The notes beneath the pieces are model-generated. The model worked only from the letters and a program-made list of their open reading frames with translations, was not told the origin of the DNA and made no database searches. A program made the translations under genes and the position numbers. A stretch of 64,000 bases of DNA, taken from assembly GCA_037310415.1 (NCBI GenBank), contig CP147780.1, forward strand, positions 64,001 through 128,000. The letters run 5' to 3'. Within the stretch, counting starts at the first letter, position 1, and each line of letters begins with the position of its first letter. Below are positions 9,825 through 19,910 of this stretch, in pieces. Origin of the DNA: Candidatus Atabeyarchaeum deiterrae (GTDB lineage Archaea > Asgardarchaeota > Atabeyarchaeia > Atabeyarchaeales > Atabeyarchaeaceae).

Positions 9825-10307
9825 ATGTCCGACCAACCTGATGTTTTGAGTTCCGAACCCCTGAGAGTGACGAGAATCCATGACATGACCTGGAATCACA
9901 GTTATGGTAAAATAGATAAGTTCTTCAAAGCATTCGCAAAAGGAAAGCTCTTGGCCACGAGGTGTGAAAAGTGTAACAAGGTCTATGTTCCACCACGAGC
10001 TGACTGCCCATCCTGTATGGCAGACTTGACCCAGAGTTGGGTTGAACTGCCCAAGGAGTGCGAGCTACATACCTTTTCGGTACTCTACTTCGCAGGACCA
10101 ACGTTTTACAAAGACCTACCTTTCATTCTTGGACTTGCAAAATGGCCAGGAGTAGACACTTACCTGATGGCCAGACTCAAAGAAGCCAAACCAGAGGAAG
10201 TCAAGATTGGTATGAAACTAAAAGTGAGATTTGCCGAGCCGCATAGGAGAACCTGGACCGTCCTAGATTTCTGGTACGAGCCAGCAGAAAAGGAAGATAA
10301 GAAATGA
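9825..10307 (+). CDS. DUF35 Zn-ribbon/OB-fold protein
   Basis: ATRCEKCNKVYVPPRADCPSC and VKIGMKLKVRF; SD-like GGAGAGG upstream of 9825. Confidence 0.92.
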   Translation: MSDQPDVLSSEPLRVTRIHDMTWNHSYGKIDKFFKAFAKGKLLATRCEKCNKVYVPPRADCPSCMADLTQSWVELPKECELHTFSVLYFAGPTFYKDLPFILGLAKWPGVDTYLMARLKEAKPEEVKIGMKLKVRFAEPHRRTWTVLDFWYEPAEKEDKK

Positions 10308-10322
10308 AGGTGAGCAAGAAAG

Positions 10323-10589
10323 ATGGCGGAAGAAGTGAGAAAATGTCCAAAATGCAGTACGGAGATGAAGAGCTACAACGGTGGAGCTGGAGTCGTTTGG
10401 ATATGTCCTAAGAAGGGATGCGATCAGTCAGCAATACAGGAATACGAAGTTTCAGTATACCAACGATTTGAAGGAGTAAGGCTGGTCCCAGATTCGAAGG
10501 TATTCTTGCCAGTGGATCAGAGACTCGGCGCCAGAAAGAAGGAAATCTATGATCAGGCTAAACCATATCTCAAAGGAAAGAAGTATTGA
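10323..10589 (+). CDS. Small Zn-ribbon protein, last gene of the thiolase operon
   Basis: CPKC...WICPKKGC; AGGTGA SD site. Confidence 0.75.
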   Translation: MAEEVRKCPKCSTEMKSYNGGAGVVWICPKKGCDQSAIQEYEVSVYQRFEGVRLVPDSKVFLPVDQRLGARKKEIYDQAKPYLKGKKY

Positions 10590-10729
10590 CTTCCTTACTA
10601 TTCTCCAAAATCCTTCCTTTCTTGTAGTGGTTTGAAGGAAGTGTATTTTCTTTTAAGCATCGAATAGTACATCGAATCAAGATCGAAAAAGAGAAAGAGA
10701 GAATCCAGAATAGTGTGATTCTCACGGTC

Positions 10730-11899
10730 TCAGTACCCGAATTCCTTGAATACTTCACGTTGTATAAGGAATCTCAGTACCTCGGCAGTTCCGCCGCCAA
10801 TCATCATTAGCCTTGAGTCTCTGAGCATTCTTTCAACCGGATATTCCCTTGTATAGCCTATGCCTCCGAGTATCTGGAGCGCGTTGCTGGCTACCTCGAA
10901 TGCGGTTTCAGTAGAGTATATCTTTGCCATCGTTGCTTGCTTGGTGGCGGCTATACCTTTGTCGAGTATTCGTGCCGCTTGGAGTGTCAATAGCTTGGCT
11001 GCTTCGATCTTTGTGGCCATTTCTGCTATCTTGAAGCTAACCCCTTCAAATGATCTGATTTTCTTGTCAAATTGTGCGCGTTCATTGGAGTACTTAACAG
11101 CAGCCTCGAATGGGGTTCTGGCATAACCCAGCGCTTGTGCAGCGATGCACACCCTTTCTCTGTCAAGTTCATCCATAAGTACCTTGAAGCCATCATTCTC
11201 TTTTCCTATCATGTTTTCCTTCGGCACCTTGACGTTCTTAAATTCAAGTTGGGATACCTTCGCACCGTGCTGACCGAGCAACTCGTAATCCTTCACGGCA
11301 GTGAAACCCGGCATTCCTTTCTCGACCAAGAAGGCGGACATTCCTTGGTGAGGGTGAACTTCAAGGTTAGTTATGGCGAATACGCAAAGGAAATCTGCCT
11401 GACTCCCATTTGTTATGAATCTTTTTTCACCATTAATCACGTAGTCTTTTCCTTCTAGTTTTGCTCTGGTCTTCATGCCAGCTGTGTCTGAACCTACGTC
11501 TGGCTCTGTGATTCCTATCGCTCCGATCTTTTCTCCCTTGATGACTGGAACTAGGTATTTCTTTTTCTGTTCTTCGCTTCCGAACTTGAACACTGGCATC
11601 GAGTAGAAAAGTGATGATGCTGCTCGTGACATGTCCGTGCCAGGGTTCATGGCTGAAACTTCCTCAGCAACAATGATCTCAAAAGCCATGCCCTTTTCCG
11701 TGCCGCCATACTTGGCCGGATACGGTGACCCCAGGTAACCCTTCTTCCCCATCTTACCTATGAACTCTCTGACAAGCGAGAAATCTTCTTTCCGCTCAAT
11801 CTCTTCAGACACTGGAGCTAATTCACTTTCAACAAATCTTCTGACTTCTTTCCTAAACTTGTTTTCAGCTTCACCGAACAGTATTTCAATCATTTTCAA
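10730..11899 (-). CDS. Acyl-CoA dehydrogenase
   Basis: ITEPDVGSD, INGEKRFITNG, RAQFDKKI, LQILGGIGY and IGGGTAE motifs. Confidence 0.95.
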   Translation of the reverse strand: MKMIEILFGEAENKFRKEVRRFVESELAPVSEEIERKEDFSLVREFIGKMGKKGYLGSPYPAKYGGTEKGMAFEIIVAEEVSAMNPGTDMSRAASSLFYSMPVFKFGSEEQKKKYLVPVIKGEKIGAIGITEPDVGSDTAGMKTRAKLEGKDYVINGEKRFITNGSQADFLCVFAITNLEVHPHQGMSAFLVEKGMPGFTAVKDYELLGQHGAKVSQLEFKNVKVPKENMIGKENDGFKVLMDELDRERVCIAAQALGYARTPFEAAVKYSNERAQFDKKIRSFEGVSFKIAEMATKIEAAKLLTLQAARILDKGIAATKQATMAKIYSTETAFEVASNALQILGGIGYTREYPVERMLRDSRLMMIGGGTAEVLRFLIQREVFKEFGY

Positions 11900-12228
11900 T
11901 CACCGTGATATCATATTGATCCCGTACGTTCCTACTATTAGACGCGCCATCACATATTTCAAGGATGTGATGCAGGTGGATCGTTCGACATCGGTTGTAT
12001 GTGCTTTCTTCTCCAGTATTATATTAGGGATTCGATCGAAAGTGGGCCTTGGCCCGAGTTTCACGTTGCGAGTCTTTGTTTTTGGTGGTTTTCTGCGAAC
12101 TTCTCAAGGAGATCACAAGGTTTTTCTTTAGATTGCCACTAGGGATATGAACACGGTAAGTCCTAGTGACACTTGTCAATCATCTGCTAGCATAACTGCC
12201 TCCAATAGATCGATAGGAGATAAACCAC

Positions 12229-14052
12229 ATGAAGTTTAGAGACGCTTCTGAAGATGAACCATCGTCATCGACCCAAGGAAAACGGGTCATCATAAACCTT
12301 GATGAAACTGATAAATGCGCCGTTGACCGTGAGAACAATTCAAAGGAAATCTCAATCAATGGCGTCCTGAGCATAAAGAATACGAGTAGTAGTTACAGAA
12401 TTTACAACACCTATCTATCCGTGAGCAATCACGGTTTGACCGATATCTCTGAAGGTCGATATCCTGTTGGCGAGATTGGTCCGGATAAGTCTTGGTCAAA
12501 GGACTATTCGGTTTCGACCGACACACCTACTCTGATGTTGAGAGAGACAGTCGATGCCAATTATGAAGACGAAGCCGAGGAACTCCACAGAACTTTCTAT
12601 GCGGGCAAGGAGAATCCCACGTTGTTCAAGATCTCGCTCAGAAACAACTTCGATCACGAAATCACCGACATTGTTTTGAAGAAAGCCATGATACCTGAGC
12701 TCTCCGGGGTTGAAGCTTCGGTTCAACTAGGGGAGGTTGATGTTAATGAGGACAACAGGGTCATTCAATGGACAATCGAGCGATTGAAACCAAGTGAAGA
12801 TAAGACTCTAACCTTGAAGGGAATTGTCAAACCCAAAAGTTCGGAGCCAGTCAAGTGCGGAACAACCGAGGTGAAGTTCAAGGTCGAAGATGGAGCCCGT
12901 TCGGGGATTGACTTGGACCTTGAGTCACTGGTGAAGAGTTTGTCAGGATTGAATATTAGTGAAACAACGTCGGCAGGAAAATGGAGTTTCGAGATATCCT
13001 TCAATAACGCTAGCGATCTGACTACGACACTTGAGGAGTTTATCGTAACGGGGCCAGAAGGGGAAGTCGCCCGCTTCACTCCAGCAGCTGATGTGCCAGC
13101 TGGGGAGTCGTGGACAAAGACTATGGAGTTTGAGTCAAAAGAGGTTCCTGAGCTTCACAAGGAGATTAAGTTCAGAGTTGCTCATGAAGTTCATAGAAGC
13201 ATTGATGGCTATATTTTTAGGGAAGACGACATCTTGCCGGTCGGGCAGATAACCGTTTTGAAGCAATTTGAGCCAGCGGAGATACCAGCATATGAGACTT
13301 TTAACCTAGTAGCGAAGTTGACTGTCGAGAACACTGGATCCGCGGAATTTGATTCAATTAAGTTGGTGGACAGATTGCCCAAGGATTTCAAGCCACCAAG
13401 AGCTGGCGACGTGAGGGCTGCTATCGGAACCTATGAGATTGAATGCAGGGCTGAGATAGATCCAGACGACCAAGAACATGGTACAGAGCACACCATTACT
13501 GCCACGGTGCCCAACTTGTTACGCGGCAAACGTGGTTTGAAGCCATCAGACAAATTGATTATCAACTACCCGATTACTGCCATAGGCGCTAGACCTCCTT
13601 CAGAAACAAAGTACCCTGCACCACTACATGCAACTGCTTTCTCACGACCACCAGGACTGGGAACCGATGCAGAGACGTCAGTGGAAAACCCGCCAGAGAT
13701 AGCCGTCAAGTATGTCAAGAGAATATTGACGGGTGCAACAGGTTTTGAGAGCGTTGAGGAAGGCGTCTACGAAATAACCATACAGGTCAACAACAAGGGT
13801 GAAGCAGGGCTGGAGAATGTCTCCGCTGAGCACTGGATACCTCCTGACTTTGAATTCGTCGAGTACACTCCGAAAAGACTAGTTATGGAAGAGGAAGAAA
13901 CTCCTGATGGGAAGAAAGTGAAGTTCGTGATCCCGAGGATGATCAAGGGAGCAGGAGAAACTATAGTCTACAGAGTCAAAGGTAAACCAGGTGCACATTA
14001 TAAACAGACAGAAGCGAGGTTCAAGGTTCTTGGTGCGCAGAAGAAGGAGTGA
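12229..14052 (+). CDS. Cytoplasmic beta-sandwich protein with a probable mu-homology domain plus Ig/DUF11-like domains
   Basis: No signal peptide. Segments [10 protein letters not shown]...[18 protein letters not shown]...[28 protein letters not shown] and [16 protein letters not shown] parallel the AP mu-subunit C-terminal domain. Confidence 0.6.
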   Translation: [607 protein letters not shown]

Positions 14053-15119
14053 CAGAAGCTTCAAGGAGGGAAATTAGCAGAATGGATCTTCTAACACTGA
14101 TCTCGAGAGGGGTCGTCCCCATCATTGACTTCAAATCCATGAAGGGCGACGTGAAGCCCTTTATGGCTAAATACGGAGGACACATCAATTCAATCGGCAT
14201 TGTAGTCAAAGATGAAACCGGACGGGGGTATTTCGACAACAGTGCGGCGCCTCCTGCATCTCCCGACCACGCAAAGTTTCTGCGCTCCTCGGCTGAACTG
14301 TTTCAGTCTCTTGAGATCAAAGTATACGCCATAGTCGATGCTTTTCTTGACTCTAGAGCAATAAGGGAGCCGAGACGTAGGTCGATTGATCGATTCGGAA
14401 AGCAAAGTGAAAGGTTCTCGTGTCCAAGCAACGTTAGTAATCAGAATGATTTGGCGAAGTTGGTTGAAGAGCTTGCATCTACGAAGCTCGTAGATAACAT
14501 AGTTGTCACCGATAGCGGATTTGTGAGAAGAGACTACTGTTTTTGCGACTCTTGTCAGAAGGAGTTTGCGCAGAGGAACAAGTTACCTCTTCCAGTAACA
14601 AGCAACTCGCTGGCATCCAAGCAGGGGATGTACGATGACTGGATCAAATGGCGTTCGGAGGTCGTAACTAGAGTACTTGACCAAGCGTCGAAGCGCGTTG
14701 CGGAAGTTTCATCGAAAACACAGAGAGAAATTGCGTTCTACGGTGCAGTCGATGTTGATGAGAGAACGGGGTACTTTGATGGGGCTACACGAGATTTCGG
14801 GCAAAAGGCAGAGGACATCATGAAATCATCCAACCTTGCTGTGAGAATCCAGCCGTGGACCCCTATAATACCGTCGAACGATACGCCGGAGTATAGCAGG
14901 ACCATAAACGCATTGAAGACGGTCTCCAACCTTCTGAGTGATAACAATCGCAAAGGGCTAATCTTAGTTTGGAACATAGAGACTGAGGAGGACTTGGCTA
15001 CGACGAAGGACATGGAGAAGGCGCTATCTGCTAGCGGAGTGTTGTCCTTCTTAGGCTATCCCCAAAGCATTGGACCACAAAGAGACGCACACTTAGGATT
15101 AGACCTAGAAGCTAAGTAA
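14049..15119 (+). CDS. Glycoside hydrolase-like TIM barrel (GHL10/GH42-like) with CFCDSC motif
   Basis: IVVKDETGRGYF, FSCPSN, YCFCDSCQKEF and WIKWRSEVVT; 4-bp overlap with the upstream gene. Confidence 0.65.
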   Translation: MTEASRREISRMDLLTLISRGVVPIIDFKSMKGDVKPFMAKYGGHINSIGIVVKDETGRGYFDNSAAPPASPDHAKFLRSSAELFQSLEIKVYAIVDAFLDSRAIREPRRRSIDRFGKQSERFSCPSNVSNQNDLAKLVEELASTKLVDNIVVTDSGFVRRDYCFCDSCQKEFAQRNKLPLPVTSNSLASKQGMYDDWIKWRSEVVTRVLDQASKRVAEVSSKTQREIAFYGAVDVDERTGYFDGATRDFGQKAEDIMKSSNLAVRIQPWTPIIPSNDTPEYSRTINALKTVSNLLSDNNRKGLILVWNIETEEDLATTKDMEKALSASGVLSFLGYPQSIGPQRDAHLGLDLEAK

Positions 15120-15127
15120 TGCGTATT

Positions 15128-15649
15128 CTACTTCTTGCGCTCTTCAGTTTTTCTCTTCTTATCTTTTTCCGTCGTCTCTTTCTCTAAGTGACTCATCTCA
15201 TAAAGCATTCTACCTTCAACAATCTTTGCTTCAGGTTTAACCTTCTCGGACACCATCTCGTACTTTTCAACAGTATACCAGACCCCGTCTGCGACCTTCT
15301 TGTAAGATTTCTTCAGAAGTTCCTGAAGTTCAACAAAGCTGGAGCTGGTCTCGCTGGTCGACTCTATTAGTGATTGATCGATTTCGATGATTCTGCAGTC
15401 TCTTCCCACAGGGAATTCCAGCCCCTTTGCGCGGAGCCCGAATATCGGAATGGAGTTTGCAGCCCTTTTTGCAGTCATTCTGTTGTTCTGAGAGCTTCCC
15501 ATTCCCAGCCACATGTAAATCCTTTTTGAAGATTCATCGATTACCATTACGACCTTGCCTGGTGCCAAGATTCTCGTTGAAAGCTCAGCCGGATTCAATT
15601 CTCCAGAAGGGCTAGCTTCAAACACCGCCACAAATTTCCTAGAGTTCAT
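15128..15649 (-). CDS. Single gelsolin-like domain protein
   Basis: LAPGKVVMVIDESSKRIYMWLGMGSSQNNRMTAKRAANSI matches the gelsolin repeat pattern. Confidence 0.75.
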   Translation of the reverse strand: MNSRKFVAVFEASPSGELNPAELSTRILAPGKVVMVIDESSKRIYMWLGMGSSQNNRMTAKRAANSIPIFGLRAKGLEFPVGRDCRIIEIDQSLIESTSETSSSFVELQELLKKSYKKVADGVWYTVEKYEMVSEKVKPEAKIVEGRMLYEMSHLEKETTEKDKKRKTEERKK

Positions 15650-15749
15650 CTCTACTCACACTTCTTGCTTTCTGCCTATTTCTATTCGAGAAAGTAAAGT
15701 TTCAATTGTTTTTTTCTCGTAGGATGTAAACTTATGAGTTCACTATCTA

Positions 15750-16358
15750 TTAGGATGGAATATGTTCCATGTCCGACAAGAGGAATTCAAGGAGATCTTT
15801 CACGTTAGGGGTATTTATTCTTTCACTCGCAACTAGGTCGTTCCATCTCTTGACTTTCTTTCGAAAGACACTGCTCTCCTTTTCCATCAGAAGTACAGAT
15901 TTTCTAAGTCCGTTGAAATCGAACTCCTTGGATCCTTTGCCCAACCCTCTGCAGAAGCCAGGGGCATCGTCATTGACTGTGAATTTGACCGCTCTCTGAT
16001 TTTCAATACTATAGTAGAACGGAAATGGTTTGCATACGAGAGGTCTCGCTCTGTATATGTTACACTTATTATCGTGCAGAAAAATGCATGATTCTTCGTC
16101 TTGCATAAGCGCTAGCACATTATCTTCAGCGCCATTGATTTTTATCTTAGGAATGTCAGCATATGTGTCGGCAACACTTTTGTCTGGTCTTACTATTGTC
16201 GAGAAGGCCTCGGGGCTCTTGCCTATAAAATTCGTTATTCTGTAGATGTCTGACTCTGTGACAGGCACGTTGTAGATTCTGCAACAGGTGCCACATGACT
16301 GACAGGAAAAGTGCATTTTCTCCGTTTTGTCTCCCTCGAAAAAGCTTAAGACATCCAT
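15750..16358 (-). CDS. YkgJ-family cysteine-cluster (Fe-S/Zn) protein
   Basis: CQSCGTCC...CIFLHDNKCNIYRARPLVCKPFPF...CRGLG. Confidence 0.9.
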   Translation of the reverse strand: MDVLSFFEGDKTEKMHFSCQSCGTCCRIYNVPVTESDIYRITNFIGKSPEAFSTIVRPDKSVADTYADIPKIKINGAEDNVLALMQDEESCIFLHDNKCNIYRARPLVCKPFPFYYSIENQRAVKFTVNDDAPGFCRGLGKGSKEFDFNGLRKSVLLMEKESSVFRKKVKRWNDLVASERINTPNVKDLLEFLLSDMEHIPS

Positions 16359-16409
16359 GAATCAATATATCGCTAGGACCCTACACTGTTCCAGAGTGGG
16401 ACACAAACC

Positions 16410-18683
16410 ATGGATCTTGTTGAGTCTTCCGCGATGATCCTGCTCAATCTGATTCCTCTTTTCGCAATATTGCTCTTCTACCCTTTTATACGTAGAGATG
16501 TGTGGAGAAGAGCATATGTCAGACTGAGTCTTTGCTTCATAGCGTTCTGGCTTGGATACTATATATTTCCAGTTGCACTCTTCAGCTTGGCAAACATACC
16601 ACAGACACATTTTGACTTGTCTCCCCCTGTTAGCTACAATCCCTGGATATCGGCAATAGGGTATTACATAACAATATTCCTCAACCTTGTTGCCGTTTTT
16701 GCGAAGACGACTCTGTTTGTGATGCCCTTCGCCTTTCTCTTCGCTCCACTTATCGCAGTTGCCATCCTGGCCCTGTATTTGAGAGGCCAGAAAGGCTCAT
16801 TTGGGGAGAAGATAAATGAGGTGGGTTACCGGTATGAGTCGAGTCCACTTCAGAGAGTCCGCGACAGACTTAAGGAAGGACAATGGAAAGAAGAGAAAGA
16901 ACTGTTCAAGTTGATGATCGTATTTCTTCCTATTTCCCTTTTCGTTCTTACTTTCATACTCGCCGTCTCCGGTCAACTTGCAGTGACTCACACTTTCGTC
17001 GACGCAGGTTTAATCGTATTCATAGAGGACTTGGTAGCTTATTTGGCAAGTTTCCTTGCTGCTGTCTATTTGCTATATTCCTCGAAGCTTAGTTTTCGTG
17101 GCAAATCGTTGGGAGACAGGATAAAGTTTTCTGTTAACAATTCCTTGTTGAGAACTGGAACATTCATCGCCCTTCTCTCATTAGTTGCTTTCATCGCGCA
17201 GTATTCTCTAATGTGGATTACGATGAGTTACTTCATTGTTTACTACATTATGATGAGTGTAATCTTTGCTATTCTGCTGCCATTTTTTGAACCCTTTAGT
17301 TCGCTACTATTTATCAAGTTGGTCAACTTTACCAGGGGTTCCAAGCTCAGTGCCAAGCTTAGGAGTGTCTTCAGCCGGAGATCGATTTCCCCTATAATCT
17401 TCGGATTTGCAGTGGCAAGCACTGCAGTAGTAATGCGAGGGCTTGTTGATTTGGGCATAGCATTTTCCAGTAGTCTCAGTTCCCTGGCAATCTGGTATAA
17501 TTCCACTTTGCTACCGGCAGTCTCAATCCTTGGTTCTCCGTCGTTTACAGATGAACTCTGGTACATCAGGCTGTTCTTGATCTTCGCAACCAGGGATGTT
17601 TTGGAATTTTTTGTTGTGGCCTACATTTTGGTGTGGTTTGTGAGACAGCAGAACTCTTCTATAACTGCAACAGTTCTGTCAACCGCTGTCTTCTCCTCCA
17701 TATACTACCTGGTGTCAAGTATTCCTGTCGCAGCCAGCTTGATTCCTCAAAGCACGCCTTTGTACTGGTTTACGGCTGCCCCTGCTATCATGACGGCGCC
17801 AGACTTCTACCTTCCAGTTTCTAGGATCGGTACGCTACCTGTTCAAAACTCCCTCTTGGGCAACGCGGAGCTACTATACCTATCGCTCAGCCCTCTCTTG
17901 TTGCTACTCCTTTTGTCATACTTGATCAAGTACCGGAAAGACCCGCTATATCTGACAGAGAAGATCGGAGAAGAAACAGTAACCGAGAAAGCCTACTCAA
18001 GACTCTCCGTCATGCCAAGCTTAAGTGACGTGAAGAGTCCGACTAAGGATAATGTATTCAAGTATGGTCACCCTCCGAAGAAGAGTAGAACCTTGAAGGA
18101 TGTCTCCCCTGAAACCCGAGACGATATAAAGAAGGTGACCGAAGCACTCGGTAAGAATATGCTTACTGGTTTCTCAAATCTGGCTGGCGAAACTGGTGTG
18201 GAAGCAAAGAAACTCTATGGCATTCTACGGTATATGGTTTCCACTGGATTGGTTGAAGCGTATGGCGTGGAATTCACATCAGTGACTCCGAGGGCAGCGC
18301 TTCAGAACCTCTATGTTACAACAAAGGTTGGGTTGAACATTTTCAATTACTCATTTGGTTCGCTGACGATTGATCCTGCGCTTGTCTCAGGGATGCTGAC
18401 GGCTATAACTAGCTTCATAAAAGAGGCTACAAGGTCCAAGCAGTCTCTTAGAACCATCGAGCATGGAGATGTTGTCCTGATGATCGAGTATGGCAACTTT
18501 GTCTTCGGAACAATAGTTGCCGACGAAGAGACGCCCGATCTCAGAATGGCATTGAGAAAGTTCGTGGATCAGTTTGAGAAGAAACATGGTGCTGCTGTGG
18601 CGAATTGGACAGGACGAGTGGAGGAATTTGACCAGGACAAGAGCATGGTAGTGTTGATTTTCAAGCAATACTTGAATGCGTAA
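16410..18683 (+). CDS. Polytopic membrane protein (about 12-13 TM) fused to a winged helix and a C-terminal longin-like domain
   Basis: Many TM helices; wHTH-like FSNLAGETGVEAKKLYGILRYMVSTGLV; longin-like LYVTTKVGLNIFNYSF...DPALVSGMLTAITSFIKEA...FVDQFEKKH...WTG. Confidence 0.8.
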   Translation: MDLVESSAMILLNLIPLFAILLFYPFIRRDVWRRAYVRLSLCFIAFWLGYYIFPVALFSLANIPQTHFDLSPPVSYNPWISAIGYYITIFLNLVAVFAKTTLFVMPFAFLFAPLIAVAILALYLRGQKGSFGEKINEVGYRYESSPLQRVRDRLKEGQWKEEKELFKLMIVFLPISLFVLTFILAVSGQLAVTHTFVDAGLIVFIEDLVAYLASFLAAVYLLYSSKLSFRGKSLGDRIKFSVNNSLLRTGTFIALLSLVAFIAQYSLMWITMSYFIVYYIMMSVIFAILLPFFEPFSSLLFIKLVNFTRGSKLSAKLRSVFSRRSISPIIFGFAVASTAVVMRGLVDLGIAFSSSLSSLAIWYNSTLLPAVSILGSPSFTDELWYIRLFLIFATRDVLEFFVVAYILVWFVRQQNSSITATVLSTAVFSSIYYLVSSIPVAASLIPQSTPLYWFTAAPAIMTAPDFYLPVSRIGTLPVQNSLLGNAELLYLSLSPLLLLLLLSYLIKYRKDPLYLTEKIGEETVTEKAYSRLSVMPSLSDVKSPTKDNVFKYGHPPKKSRTLKDVSPETRDDIKKVTEALGKNMLTGFSNLAGETGVEAKKLYGILRYMVSTGLVEAYGVEFTSVTPRAALQNLYVTTKVGLNIFNYSFGSLTIDPALVSGMLTAITSFIKEATRSKQSLRTIEHGDVVLMIEYGNFVFGTIVADEETPDLRMALRKFVDQFEKKHGAAVANWTGRVEEFDQDKSMVVLIFKQYLNA

Positions 18684-18731
18684 CTGAATTCCTAGTGATG
18701 TGCGTCTTTCTGGGAATGGTGAGAGAAGCCA

Positions 18732-19910
18732 ATGGAATCGCTTTTGGAGACAGTTAGAAAGCAAGAAGAGTGGCGAGGAAATCAGACAATAAACTTGATC
18801 GCATCAGAGAACGTTGCGAGCCCTCAGGTGAGAAAGCTCATGAGTTCAGACCTGTTACACAGGTACACGGCTCCTGACAAATTCTATATGGGAACGAAGT
18901 ATATTGACGAGATTGAAGCTTCAGCGGGGAAGATCGCCAAGGAAGTCTTCAGGTCGGATTATGCCGATCCGCGCCCACTATCTGGACATATAGCAGATTG
19001 GATACTGTTGTCATGTTTCACCAAAGCGAATGAAAGCATTCTAAGTGTATCACCTAAAAACGGGGGATACCCAGGAATAGGAGACCAGGGACTGGGCAAG
19101 TTCATGTCCCTCAGAAATCTCTACTTCCCGTTTAACGAACAGAAATGGAACATCGACATCGATGAAACATCGGGGTTGATTGAGAGTAAGAAACCAAAAC
19201 TCGTGATATTTGGTGCGAGCTTCATACTGTTTCCGCATCCAGTTAAAGAACTCTCAAGGACTGCTAGCAATGCAGGCGCCAGAGTCGTGTTTGACGGCGC
19301 GCATGTCCTCGGTCTTATTGGAGGAGGGAAATTCCAGGATCCTCTGCGAGAAGGAGCCAGTGTTCTTATCGGTTCGACCCATAAGAGCCTTTTTGGGCCT
19401 CAAGGAGGGATAATTCTAAGCGATATGGCCGCGGGTAAGACAATCAAGGAAGCCATTCACCCTGGTCTAGTTGACAACGCTCATTACAATAGGATTGCCG
19501 CACTTGCAATGGCATTGTATGAATTGAAATCATTTGGCAAGGCTTACGCTGAACAGGTGATAAGGAACTCCAAGACTATAGCGAAAGCAATGGATGAACA
19601 TGGCATCCCTGTAAGGTGCAGAGAATATGGTTATACTGAATCCCACCAAGTCATCTTGGATAATAGCAAACTTGTGAAAGGGCTGGATCACACGAAGATC
19701 CTTGAAGACGCAAACATAATCGTTGATAATGGAACACGAGTTGGAACTTGCGAAGTCACAAGACGGGGCATGAAGGAGCCAGAGATGGAAAGGATAGCTG
19801 AATTCGTCGCTCGATTGATAGTCAGAAAGGAAAGTGTGGAAAAGGTCAAGAAGGAAGTAGTGGAGCTTAGAAAAGAATTCAATAAGCTGGAGTATTGCTT
19901 TAGAGAATGA
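18732..19910 (+). CDS. glyA: Serine hydroxymethyltransferase
   Basis: NLIASEN, FDGAHVLGLI, STHKSLFGPQGG (PLP lysine) and RVGTCEVTRRGM. Confidence 0.95.
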   Translation: MESLLETVRKQEEWRGNQTINLIASENVASPQVRKLMSSDLLHRYTAPDKFYMGTKYIDEIEASAGKIAKEVFRSDYADPRPLSGHIADWILLSCFTKANESILSVSPKNGGYPGIGDQGLGKFMSLRNLYFPFNEQKWNIDIDETSGLIESKKPKLVIFGASFILFPHPVKELSRTASNAGARVVFDGAHVLGLIGGGKFQDPLREGASVLIGSTHKSLFGPQGGIILSDMAAGKTIKEAIHPGLVDNAHYNRIAALAMALYELKSFGKAYAEQVIRNSKTIAKAMDEHGIPVRCREYGYTESHQVILDNSKLVKGLDHTKILEDANIIVDNGTRVGTCEVTRRGMKEPEMERIAEFVARLIVRKESVEKVKKEVVELRKEFNKLEYCFRE

